A stretch of 64,000 nt of DNA from an uncultured bacterium (GTDB lineage Bacteria; Desulfobacterota; Syntrophorhabdia; Syntrophorhabdales; JANXAF01): NCBI GenBank assembly GCA_938084905.1, contig CALKEQ010000002.1:11129-75128 (forward strand), written 5' to 3'. The translations under genes were made by a program, and so were the position numbers. The notes under the pieces are model-generated. The model ran no database searches. It saw only the letters and a list, made by a program, of their open reading frames with translations, and was not told where the DNA came from. Shown in pieces: positions 24,349 through 33,310 of the stretch (its first letter is position 1; every line of letters starts with the position of its first letter).

Positions 24349-25572
24349 CTACCCTGCCCCTCCCCTTATCGCTGCCATCATGTTCCACCAAGGGAGAAGA
24401 ACCGCAAGGGCAAGAAAAAGTATTACAACCGAAAGAGTGACCGTCATTACAGGTTCAATCCAGGCAGAAAGCCTGCTTAGTGAATATCCGACCTCCCTGT
24501 CGTAATGGGTGGATACCTCCCTCAGCATCTGCTCCAAAGAACCTGTCTCTTCCCCAGTCTGGACGAGATGGACAACGAGCGAAGGAAATATTCTACTTTC
24601 CCTCAAAGGTTTAGAGATTCCCTTACCTTTTTCTATCTTTGCCGCAATTTCCCTTATCTTCTCAGCAATGTACTCATTTCCAACTGTCCTTGAGACGATA
24701 TCGAGGCTCCTTACGATCGGAACTCCTGCCCTTACCATGTTTTCGAACATGAAGGCGAATCTACTCATGCATATCTTGAGAATTATCTGCCCTACAATTG
24801 GGATTTTGAGCTTGAGCCTATCCTTAGTTAGTCTTCCCGTCTCTGTTCTCGAATAGAGAAGGAGGATAGAGACAATGGCGAAGAAAAAAAGGAGGAAATA
24901 GGGGCCGTATGCCTGAATTAGATCGTTGATGTAAATCATCATTCTCGTGGGTAGAGGTAGCTCCATTTTAGAGCCTTTGAAAAGAACTACAAACCTTGGG
25001 ATGACGAAGGTTACAAGGACAAAGAATGCAACAAAGATCCCAACTGTTACCATAATAGGGTATCTCATGGCACTCTTTAGCATCTCCTTTGTCCTCATTT
25101 GGAATTCTAAAAGACCGGCAACCCTTTCTAGAACATCCTCAAGAACCCCTCCAACTTCTCCGGCAGCTACCATGCTTATGTAGAGTTCTGGGAATACTGA
25201 TTTATGTTTTGACATGGCCTCAGAAAGGCTCAAACCCCTGTCCACATCTTGATATATCCTCCTTATCGCCTCTCTCAGCCGACCATTGGCTGTCTGCTCT
25301 TCAAGGCTTCTTAGGCCTTGTAGCAAAGGAATACCAGCTTTTATCACTGTCTGAAGCTGCCTTGTGAAAAAGATAAGATCATCGTATCTTACCTTTTGGA
25401 ATTTTGCTAAAAGATCCTTTAGCTCAAAGGTGCTTCTTTTTCTCTCAACGGAGACTGGAATAAGCCCCATACTATCTATTTGCATGTAAACTAGTGCCTT
25501 GCTTTCAGCCTCCATCGTTCCAGTTATAAGCGTTCCCTTCTCGTCTCTTGCCCTGTAGATGAAAGTTGCCAT
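24349..25572 (-). CDS. pilC: type IV pilus platform protein PilC/GspF family
   Basis: 407 aa. Duplicated T2SSF domain with three TM segments. Confidence 0.9.
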   Translation of the reverse strand: MATFIYRARDEKGTLITGTMEAESKALVYMQIDSMGLIPVSVERKRSTFELKDLLAKFQKVRYDDLIFFTRQLQTVIKAGIPLLQGLRSLEEQTANGRLREAIRRIYQDVDRGLSLSEAMSKHKSVFPELYISMVAAGEVGGVLEDVLERVAGLLEFQMRTKEMLKSAMRYPIMVTVGIFVAFFVLVTFVIPRFVVLFKGSKMELPLPTRMMIYINDLIQAYGPYFLLFFFAIVSILLLYSRTETGRLTKDRLKLKIPIVGQIILKICMSRFAFMFENMVRAGVPIVRSLDIVSRTVGNEYIAEKIREIAAKIEKGKGISKPLRESRIFPSLVVHLVQTGEETGSLEQMLREVSTHYDREVGYSLSRLSAWIEPVMTVTLSVVILFLALAVLLPWWNMMAAIRGGAG

Positions 25573-25574
25573 AC

Positions 25575-27248
25575 TTAATCTACCTGGGTCACAGCAAGGG
25601 CCTCTTCCAGACTTGTGATTCCCAATGCGACTTTCTTTAAGGCGTCCTCTTTCATCTCCACCATCCCTCCCTCTTTTGAGGCCCTTCTTATCACATCACT
25701 TGGAGCTTTTTTAACGACAAGTTCCCTTATTGTGTCATCCATAACAAGAACCTCAAAAATACCCGTTCTTCCCCTAAAACCCGTACCTCTACAAACTGGA
25801 CAACCCTTTGCCCTGTAAATCATTTCAGGTAGACCGTAATCTTTTAAGACCTCCGGAGGTGGAAAATACGGTTCTTTACATTCATTGCAGAGCTTTCTTA
25901 TGAGTCTTTGGGCAACAACGCAGGTAACAGCAGAGGCACAAAGAAAAGGTTCGATGCCCATCTCAATTAGTCTCGTTAGGGCAGAGGGAGCATCGTTTGT
26001 GTGGAAGGTTGAGAGGACAACATGACCTGTTAAGGCTGCGTGAATTGCAATTTGTGCAGTCTCCCTATCCCTTATCTCTCCAACCATTATTATGTCTGGA
26101 TCCTGTCTCAAGATGGCCCTCAGTCCCTCGTCGAACGTAAATCCCGCTTTTACATTTATCTGTGCTTGAGTTACATTCTCGATTGTGTACTCAACAGGAT
26201 CCTCTATGGTGACGATGTTCTTTTCTGTCGTATTTAGGTAACTTATCATAGCGTAGAGAGTTGTTGTCTTTCCCGATCCTGTTGGGCCTGTGGAAAGCAC
26301 AAATCCGTAAGGTTTCTTAAGCATCTTTTTTATCTTTTCCGCATCTTCTTCCAGAAGCCCTATGCTGTCAAGTCCATAAAGGGATGATGACTTATCGAGA
26401 AGTCTTAGAACAACTTTCTCTCCATAGACGGATGGATAGGTGGAGACCCTGACACTTATCTGCCTTCCATTTTCCACTACGTCAAATCTTCCATCCTGTG
26501 GGATTCTCGTTTTAGCAATGTCCATGTTCGCCATTACTTTTATCCTCGCAACGATCGGTAAAAACATCTTTTTTGAAGGGGAGGGAACCTCCCTTAATCT
26601 TCCGTCTATCCTCATTCTAATCCTCATTGTCTTCTCGTAGGGCTCCACGTGGATATCTGATGCATTGTCGGCTATAGCCTGCGATATAAGACTATTAACG
26701 AATTTAATAACAGGCTCTTCTTCCACACCTGCCAGAATTTGGATCTCCTTTTCCTCCAACTCCTCTTCTTTTTTCTCCCCTTCTTCCCTTATCTCCTGAA
26801 GTGTCTCCTCGATTTTTGTCTTGATTCCGTAATATCTATCGAGTGCCCTTCTTATCTCTTCTTCAGAGGCTAGGTAAACATCGATTTCCATCCTCGTAAT
26901 TCTTGAAATTTCATCTAAGGCAGAAAAATCGAGTGGATCCGATGTAGCGATCTTTAAGACGTTATTATGCCTACCTATGGGAAAGACCATAAAATCATTG
27001 ACAAGTTCCTTGGGAACAAGTCCTAAAACCTTCTCATCCACCTCCAATTTATCGAGATTGATTACAGGGATCTTAAGTTGAGAACTTAAAGCCTCAAGTA
27101 TTTCCCTTTCTGAAAGGATGCCCATTCTGACAAGCACCTTTCCAAGTTTCTCACCGTACTTTTTCTGTTCCGAAAGAGCTCTTTGAAGGTCCTCTTCCTT
27201 TATCTTTTTTGCCTCAAGGAGGATCTCACCAAGTCTCTTCCTTACCAT
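25575..27248 (-). CDS. pilB: type IV pilus assembly ATPase PilB/MshE (GspE family)
   Basis: 557 aa. T2SSE_N domain, Walker A STGPTGSGKTTT, tetracysteine CNECK...CPVCRGTG. Tandem MshEN-like motifs at residues 5-57. Confidence 0.92.
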   Translation of the reverse strand: MVRKRLGEILLEAKKIKEEDLQRALSEQKKYGEKLGKVLVRMGILSEREILEALSSQLKIPVINLDKLEVDEKVLGLVPKELVNDFMVFPIGRHNNVLKIATSDPLDFSALDEISRITRMEIDVYLASEEEIRRALDRYYGIKTKIEETLQEIREEGEKKEEELEEKEIQILAGVEEEPVIKFVNSLISQAIADNASDIHVEPYEKTMRIRMRIDGRLREVPSPSKKMFLPIVARIKVMANMDIAKTRIPQDGRFDVVENGRQISVRVSTYPSVYGEKVVLRLLDKSSSLYGLDSIGLLEEDAEKIKKMLKKPYGFVLSTGPTGSGKTTTLYAMISYLNTTEKNIVTIEDPVEYTIENVTQAQINVKAGFTFDEGLRAILRQDPDIIMVGEIRDRETAQIAIHAALTGHVVLSTFHTNDAPSALTRLIEMGIEPFLCASAVTCVVAQRLIRKLCNECKEPYFPPPEVLKDYGLPEMIYRAKGCPVCRGTGFRGRTGIFEVLVMDDTIRELVVKKAPSDVIRRASKEGGMVEMKEDALKKVALGITSLEEALAVTQVD

Positions 27249-27249
27249 C

Positions 27250-28290
27250 TTACCCTCTCAAAAACTCTACTATCCTCGCTACTTTCGTTGCCTCTTCCCT
27301 TGTTATAAGCCTCTTTTTTAAAAGGTCGTTCAGAGATTCTTCCATAGTCTGCATTCCATGTTCCTTTCCCAGCTCAATTGAGGAGTAGAGCTGATAGGTC
27401 TTTCCTTCCCTTATAAGGTTTCTTACTGCAGGCGTCGCAATAAGTATTTCACAGGCTGGAATTCGGCCACCTCCCACCTTCTTTATGAGCCTCTGGGTTA
27501 TAACGGCTTCCAATGTTATTGAGAGCTGGGAACGAATTTGGGGTTGCTGGTATGGAGGAAAAACGTCTATTATTCTGTCCACAGTCTGGGGAGCTGAGGT
27601 TGTATGAAGCGTTGAAAAGACGAGATGGCCAGTCTCCGCTGCTGTTATCGCGGCCTGCATTGTCTCCAGGTCCCTCATCTCTCCTATTAGTATAACATCT
27701 GGATCCTGCCTTAAGACGTGCTTCAAAGCCATCTGAAAAGAATTCGTATCCTCACCAACTTCCCTCTGGGAGATAATAGATTTTTTTGGCCTGTAGACGT
27801 ACTCTATTGGATCCTCAATTGTAACTATGTGGAGAGACCTTTCCTCGTTTATAAGATCGATCATTGAGGCGAGTGTCGTCGATTTTCCAGAACCTGTCGG
27901 GCCTGTAACAAGGATCAAGCCGTTCGGCTTTCTCGTAAGATCCCTAAGGATTAACGGTAAATTGAGATCTTCCAGTTTTGGAATTTCGTATGGAATGTGT
28001 CTTACGGCAAATGCAAGACTCCCTCTCTGTACGTAAATGTTTATTCTGAAACGGGCCCTTCCCTTAAACTCGTATCCAAAATCCAGTTCCTTTTCCCTAA
28101 GGAATCTCCTCTTTTTCTCCTCCGGAACTATCTCATCTAAGAAGCCAATAAGATCGGATTTTGATATCGAGACGGACCCAAGTGGAAATAAATCTCCGTC
28201 TATTCTCACAGTTGGGGGAAGACCCTCTAACAGGTGAAGGTCTGAAGCTTTCAACTTTACCGTTTCTTCGAGAAGATCTACGATACTCAT
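27250..28290 (-). CDS. pilT: twitching-motility retraction ATPase PilT
   Basis: 346 aa. GPTGSGKSTT, DVILIGEMRD, TGHLVFSTLHT, AVRNLIREGK. Confidence 0.9.
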   Translation of the reverse strand: MSIVDLLEETVKLKASDLHLLEGLPPTVRIDGDLFPLGSVSISKSDLIGFLDEIVPEEKKRRFLREKELDFGYEFKGRARFRINIYVQRGSLAFAVRHIPYEIPKLEDLNLPLILRDLTRKPNGLILVTGPTGSGKSTTLASMIDLINEERSLHIVTIEDPIEYVYRPKKSIISQREVGEDTNSFQMALKHVLRQDPDVILIGEMRDLETMQAAITAAETGHLVFSTLHTTSAPQTVDRIIDVFPPYQQPQIRSQLSITLEAVITQRLIKKVGGGRIPACEILIATPAVRNLIREGKTYQLYSSIELGKEHGMQTMEESLNDLLKKRLITREEATKVARIVEFLRG

Positions 28291-28292
28291 CT

Positions 28293-29843
28293 TCAGAAAA
28301 ACCTCATGTTCCGAAAAATTATCTCCCTTATGTTTTTATCGAACGTTAAAGCTACAATCTTTACGTATTTTCCCCTCAGGTGCTCTGGAATCTTAACGGT
28401 TATCGTATGCCATTCATCATCGAATAGCAATTCAAGCGGGGGTTTTGGAAATTCAGCCTCCTCTGAAGAGTTAAGAACGACTGAGATATGAAATCTGAAC
28501 CCCTCCTTTACAGATTTCAGATCCTTGATTAGGTACTCTGCGGAGAAAAATGAACCAAGAGGGAAACTCATCTTTTTTCCGTGCATAATTGAGTAATCTG
28601 CGATGAAATGGGTTTTGGCGTTTGCGCGAAAAAGTCCCTCCCTGAAGAGGAGTCCAGAAGGAGTGAAAAGAAGAATCCCAGAAGAGTCCAGATATTCGAT
28701 TTGGGATGTATCGAGCTCGTAGAGTATGGTCTCCTTCTCTATGTCCAGAGAACCCTTTTTTATGTAAGAGATGGGCCTTCTAGGTTCAATGTCCTTTATC
28801 TTCTCTATAAAGATCCTCTCTTCTTTTGCGTAATCTATGGCCTCTGGAATGGCAACAAGACCCTTTTTTGCAAGCTCGAGGATTGACGCATCAAATTTAA
28901 TCATTCCGTCCCTTTTTTGGGATTCCATTATGAATGGGATCTGGTGAATCTTTCCTTCCCTTATCAGATTCCTTACAGCATCAGTGACTTTGAGGATTTC
29001 CGTCGCACATACAAAGCCATGCCTGTCTAGTCTCGGGATAAGTCTCTGAGAGCAAACCCCAAGAAGAACTTCAGATAAGATGGAAAAAACCTTACCTTTT
29101 TCCTCATCTGGGAAGAAGTCAACAATCCTATTTACCGTCTGTACAGCATCCCTTGTGTGTAAAGTTGAGAAGACGAGGTGGCCTGTTTCGGCAAGCTGTA
29201 AGACAACTTCCATCGTTTCCGAGTCTCTTATCTCTCCAACGAATATGACATCAGGGTCTTCCCTTAAAATCCTCTTTAGTGCGGCGGAAAAAGAGAAAGT
29301 ATCCCTCCCTACTTCCCTTTGACTAATTATCGCTTTCTTCGGTTTAAAAATAAACTCTATGGGGTCTTCGACTGTGATTATATGGCATGCCCTCTCTTTG
29401 TTGATCAACTCCAAAAGGCATGCGGAAGTTGTGGACTTACCTGAACCTGTAGGACCGGTCACAAGAAAGAGACCTTTTTCCTCCCTTGTAAAATCTTTAA
29501 GAACAGGGGGAAGCATGAGATCATCAAGGTCGGGGATCTCATCAGGAATAGGTCTAAGGACGAGACCAAAAGATCCATTTCTCGAAAAACCGTTAACCCT
29601 AAATCTGAGAAGGGGACCAAAATCCACACTGAAGTCTATTTCCTTTTTTTTCTTGAAATTGTCTAATTGCCAATCTGTCATGGTTTTTTGCATGAACTCC
29701 TCTATCTCCTCTCTTTTTATCGGGGGCCCAACTCCCTTTATTGTTCCTGCACCTTTAAAATAGGCAGGAAGGTTTTCAAAAAGAAAGATGCTTTTTGCCC
29801 CCTCTTTTTTCGCTACCTCAACGACCCTCTGAAATTTCCTCAA
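28293..29843 (-). CDS. PilT-family ATPase with a ~170-aa C-terminal domain of unknown function
   Basis: 516 aa. Residues 1-345 carry all PilT boxes (GPTGSGKSTT, DVIFVGEIRD, TGHLVFSTLHT, AVRNLIREGK). I could not assign residues 346-516 to any family. Confidence 0.8.
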   Translation of the reverse strand: MRKFQRVVEVAKKEGAKSIFLFENLPAYFKGAGTIKGVGPPIKREEIEEFMQKTMTDWQLDNFKKKKEIDFSVDFGPLLRFRVNGFSRNGSFGLVLRPIPDEIPDLDDLMLPPVLKDFTREEKGLFLVTGPTGSGKSTTSACLLELINKERACHIITVEDPIEFIFKPKKAIISQREVGRDTFSFSAALKRILREDPDVIFVGEIRDSETMEVVLQLAETGHLVFSTLHTRDAVQTVNRIVDFFPDEEKGKVFSILSEVLLGVCSQRLIPRLDRHGFVCATEILKVTDAVRNLIREGKIHQIPFIMESQKRDGMIKFDASILELAKKGLVAIPEAIDYAKEERIFIEKIKDIEPRRPISYIKKGSLDIEKETILYELDTSQIEYLDSSGILLFTPSGLLFREGLFRANAKTHFIADYSIMHGKKMSFPLGSFFSAEYLIKDLKSVKEGFRFHISVVLNSSEEAEFPKPPLELLFDDEWHTITVKIPEHLRGKYVKIVALTFDKNIREIIFRNMRFF

Positions 29844-30852
29844 GGTACTTTATCCTCTCTAAAACCCTCTTTCTCTCTTCCTTCGTTCCCCCTTCTCTCA
29901 GAAAGGCCCTGTAAAACTTCACAGCCTCCTTTAACTCACCTTTTTCATCTTTGATCAAAGCATAAGCAAGCACAAGATGAGGCTCCCTTATTCCCTTTTC
30001 TATAAAAGGTCTAACTAACCTCTCCGCCTCTTCGTACCTCCTCTCCCCTATAAGCAGGCTCAAAAGGTTGACAAGGGATCCAACCTCTCCTCCAAGTTCA
30101 AATGCCTTTCTGAAATACTCCTCAGCCACTTTTTTTTCCCCTTCAGAGAGGAGGATAATTCCAAGGTTAGTATAAGCCTTCGGGTAATCGTTTTTTATAT
30201 TCAGAATCTTCCTAAAGGTCTGGATCGCCTCGTTCTTCCTTCCCTCCTTCATGTATATTAGTCCAAGATTATTGAGGCTTTCCAAATGATCAGGCTTCTC
30301 AGCTAATATTGCAAGGTAGATTTTCTTTGCCGCCTCAAGATCGTTCCTCTCGAAAAGGGAAGTGGCCTCGTTGAAAAGGGAGTTTATTTTTTCCGTATCA
30401 AGTCTTTTAACAGAAACTACCTCCTCTTTTGTGGAAAAAGTATCCTTCTCCAGAGGCTTTCTTTCCTCCTTATTTTCTTTCCTCTCAGGAGTCAAAAAGG
30501 CTTTTAGTATTTTCCTTCTCTGAGGCGATGGCTTCTTAGCCTTATCTTTATCCTCTTTTCTTTGGGAAGGTTCCTCTCTTTTTGGTTCAATATTGTACAA
30601 TTCAGGTTCCTTTAAGACTGGAGACACAGGAATCTGCTCCCTGGCCTCGATCCTTCTTTCAGGCTGACTGGGGAGATTCTTTTTGAATGCAAGAATCGTA
30701 AAACCCATCCCCAAAAAAATCACGAAAAATACGGTGAAAAGCCTATACAAATTTTTTTTAGGAGAGGGAGGTGTGATCTGGAATGGTACCTTCGATGAAA
30801 TTTCCTTTCTTTCTTTTTCAGCCTTCCTTAGAGCTTCAAGAATAAAGCTCAT
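29818..30852 (-). CDS. membrane-anchored TPR-repeat protein (MshN/PilF-like; GspB-like N-terminus)
   Basis: 344 aa. N-terminal MSFILEALRKAEKERKE, one TM helix, a K/E/P-rich linker and several TPR repeats. Confidence 0.65.
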   Translation of the reverse strand: MSFILEALRKAEKERKEISSKVPFQITPPSPKKNLYRLFTVFFVIFLGMGFTILAFKKNLPSQPERRIEAREQIPVSPVLKEPELYNIEPKREEPSQRKEDKDKAKKPSPQRRKILKAFLTPERKENKEERKPLEKDTFSTKEEVVSVKRLDTEKINSLFNEATSLFERNDLEAAKKIYLAILAEKPDHLESLNNLGLIYMKEGRKNEAIQTFRKILNIKNDYPKAYTNLGIILLSEGEKKVAEEYFRKAFELGGEVGSLVNLLSLLIGERRYEEAERLVRPFIEKGIREPHLVLAYALIKDEKGELKEAVKFYRAFLREGGTKEERKRVLERIKYLEEISEGR

Positions 30853-32306
30853 TACCCTTCCTTCTCGTAAATGATCCTTGGTGTAAGAAAAATCACAAGC
30901 TCTGTTTTTACGCTCTCATTTGTCTTTGCCTTAAAAAGGCTGCCAAGTAGTGGAATCTGCATTGCTCCTTTTATTCCCGTCTCCGTACTCGTGGTTTTAT
31001 CCTTTATGAGTCCTCCTATTATTACCGATTCTCCCTCCTTCACCCTTATTACCGTGTCAACCTCTCTTACAGCTAAAATTGGCGCAGTCACAATTGTTCC
31101 ACCCTCTCCACTTCTCGCCTCTCCGATTTTTTCCGTTAGAACAGGATGAATGTTCATCGTTATATACCCTTCCCTGTCGATGTGTGGTGTTACATCCAAG
31201 ATAAGCCCAACGGTCACATATCTAGGGGTAGTAGTCGTTGTTGCCGGAGCACCTACGGTAACAGTCGTTGTCGATTCAAAAAATACGTCCTCTGTTGCAA
31301 CTTTTATAATAGCCCTCTGATTGTTCAAAGTTGCAACTTTAGGACTCGATATTACGTTAACTTTCCCATAAGTCCTTAAAAGATCCACAAAGGCCTCAAA
31401 TTTCTTTCCACTTATCACTCCAAAACGGAAGTACCTTTCCGGAGGGGGTGGGAGGCTACTTATATCGACCTTCGGTATGTTGAAATACCTCGTTTGGGGA
31501 GAAACGAGGGCCTGCTCCAAGTTGGCGAGTGTGTCTCCCCACTTGGCGCCAATGTAAGCCCAGTTTACCCCCTCTTTCGAATTCTCGTTCAGTTCAACTT
31601 CCACGATCTTTGCTTCTATCATTACCTGCCTTTTTATGGATGATTGGATCGCCTCTAAGAATTGCTCTATATTCCTTAGGTTTTTCGGATAATCCATAAC
31701 CACAAAGAGGGAGGCCTCCCTATTTGGAATCATTTTACCGGAGGGAGATAGAAAACTTTTCAAGTTTTCCTCCAAGGTTTTGAATATGTCCCTTTCCGTT
31801 TCAGTCTCCATTCTCACCGCCTCTTCCTTTGTGGTCCTTTCAGTGCCAGTCGTTCCTTTTAGTGTACTCAGTCCTCTTTTCTTTAGGGCAACATAATCTA
31901 TGGCGAATATCCTCGTTTCAATTTTTGGTTTTGATACATAGATCGTCCTCTCCTCCAATTTATAAGTGTAGTTGAGGGGATCGAGCATGTATTCGAGGGC
32001 CTTATCAAGGGTTAAGTTCTTGAGATCCATAGTTATCTTGCCAGTAACATCCGGTTCAATAACAACGTTGTAATTTGTCTGTTTTGCTATTGCCCTAAGA
32101 ACGTCCCTTATATCCGCATCCCTAAGTGAGAAGGAGAAGACCTCCTTTGGACCCTCGACCACTATCTCCTTTTTCTTTTCAGGCAAAGGAACATATGGCA
32201 ATGGAATCTCAGGAGGTTTCACCTCAGTTCTTTTAAGTAGAGGCTCCCTTTCCGTTGCGCAGGAAAAGAGAGTAAATAGAAGAATGAAGATGATTCTCTT
32301 CATCAT
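30852..32306 (-). CDS. secretin (MshL/PilQ-type), predicted lipoprotein
   Basis: 484 aa. Signal peptide with lipobox-like LFSC. C-terminal secretin core (VISSPKVATLNNQRAIIKV...PLLGSLFK...TELVIFLTPRII). Confidence 0.88.
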   Translation of the reverse strand: MMKRIIFILLFTLFSCATEREPLLKRTEVKPPEIPLPYVPLPEKKKEIVVEGPKEVFSFSLRDADIRDVLRAIAKQTNYNVVIEPDVTGKITMDLKNLTLDKALEYMLDPLNYTYKLEERTIYVSKPKIETRIFAIDYVALKKRGLSTLKGTTGTERTTKEEAVRMETETERDIFKTLEENLKSFLSPSGKMIPNREASLFVVMDYPKNLRNIEQFLEAIQSSIKRQVMIEAKIVEVELNENSKEGVNWAYIGAKWGDTLANLEQALVSPQTRYFNIPKVDISSLPPPPERYFRFGVISGKKFEAFVDLLRTYGKVNVISSPKVATLNNQRAIIKVATEDVFFESTTTVTVGAPATTTTTPRYVTVGLILDVTPHIDREGYITMNIHPVLTEKIGEARSGEGGTIVTAPILAVREVDTVIRVKEGESVIIGGLIKDKTTSTETGIKGAMQIPLLGSLFKAKTNESVKTELVIFLTPRIIYEKEG

Positions 32307-32312
32307 ACCCCC

Positions 32313-32762
32313 CTAATCCTTCTCCAGATTGATTACCCTCTTTGCGTCCTCCGACTGAAGTACTACACTATCCTTTGTTATTTCCACCACTCTCTCTCCA
32401 GTTTTTATGATCTCACCCTTTCCGACTATTTCCTCTCCAAGTATGGCCATCTTTCCTTTTTCCCCTTCAACGATCGCGTAAAGTCTGAGAGCTGGTTTGA
32501 CTTCCTTTTTCCTTTCCGCATTCTGCTTGAGAAGATCCTTAGGAATCAAAAATGGATCTCTTACCCATTTTGAGAATTCAGTAGGTTCCTTCGCAGATAA
32601 CCCAAAAGGTGCATCTATCTTTTCTGTTTTTGAAAAAGATGGCTTCTCCGGATACTTTTCCTCCATCTTTACCTTCTTGACTTTAGAATCGGAAGAAAAA
32701 AGGTAGATTGAAAGAGCAAGGGAGCCTATAAAAACGAGTAAAACAGGTTTACTGACCTTCAT
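32313..32762 (-). CDS. PilP/MshK-like pilus assembly protein
   Basis: 149 aa. One TM helix, RDPF motif and a C-terminal beta-domain pattern (LRLYAIVEGEKGKMAILGEEIVGKGEII...VVEITKDSVVL). Position between the PilO-like gene and the secretin supports the call. Confidence 0.55.
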   Translation of the reverse strand: MKVSKPVLLVFIGSLALSIYLFSSDSKVKKVKMEEKYPEKPSFSKTEKIDAPFGLSAKEPTEFSKWVRDPFLIPKDLLKQNAERKKEVKPALRLYAIVEGEKGKMAILGEEIVGKGEIIKTGERVVEITKDSVVLQSEDAKRVINLEKD

Positions 32763-33310
32763 CTTTTCTCTCTAGAGGTTCTAAGTTCCACGGTAATTTT
32801 AGCCCTAATGTAAGGATAGTCATTCTCGTCTAAGGCAAGATTCGCTTTTAATACCCCCTTTACAGACCTATCCTCCTGTAAGCCCTCCAAAAACCTTCCA
32901 ATTTCTAAAAACTTCGCCTTTAGAGCCATCTCAAAAGTGGGATAGGAAAAACTATCTTTCTGGATATCTTTTAGGGAGCTAAACTGGCTACTTATCCTTT
33001 GGACCTCAACACCTTTCTTCCTTGCAGTCTGAATCGTATCCCGCAGAAAGTTGGTGGTCTGTTCAAAGGAGATGATCTTAAGTTCTTTAAGCCTCTCCTC
33101 TATTTCCTTTACTCTTTTTTGAGTCTCAAGGAGGGCCAAAACTTGTCCTTCCAATTTTTCGTTTTCTCTTTTTAAGTCCGAAAGCTTAAGCTTCATCCCT
33201 TTAACATCACTGCTCAAAGGATAAAAGAAGAGAAGGAGCCACAAAAGGAGAAGGAAAAATGGAAAAAGGAGGTAGATATGAGATTTTTTAAGTTTCAACC
33301 CTTTCCTCAC
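32759..33310 (-). CDS. PilO/MshJ-like pilus assembly protein
   Basis: 183 aa. N-terminal TM helix, coiled coil and a ferredoxin-like C-terminus. The call rests mainly on gene order. Confidence 0.5.
   Translation of the reverse strand: MRKGLKLKKSHIYLLFPFFLLLLWLLLFFYPLSSDVKGMKLKLSDLKRENEKLEGQVLALLETQKRVKEIEERLKELKIISFEQTTNFLRDTIQTARKKGVEVQRISSQFSSLKDIQKDSFSYPTFEMALKAKFLEIGRFLEGLQEDRSVKGVLKANLALDENDYPYIRAKITVELRTSREKR

Noticed and set aside
28296-28808. Tested whether the C-terminal extension of the PilT-like ATPase is a PilZ domain.
   Set aside because: The RxxxR motif is not met (PRRPISY has no second Arg). The DxSxxG motif is not met (YLDSSGILL has the wrong spacing). I therefore make no PilZ call and leave the domain unassigned.
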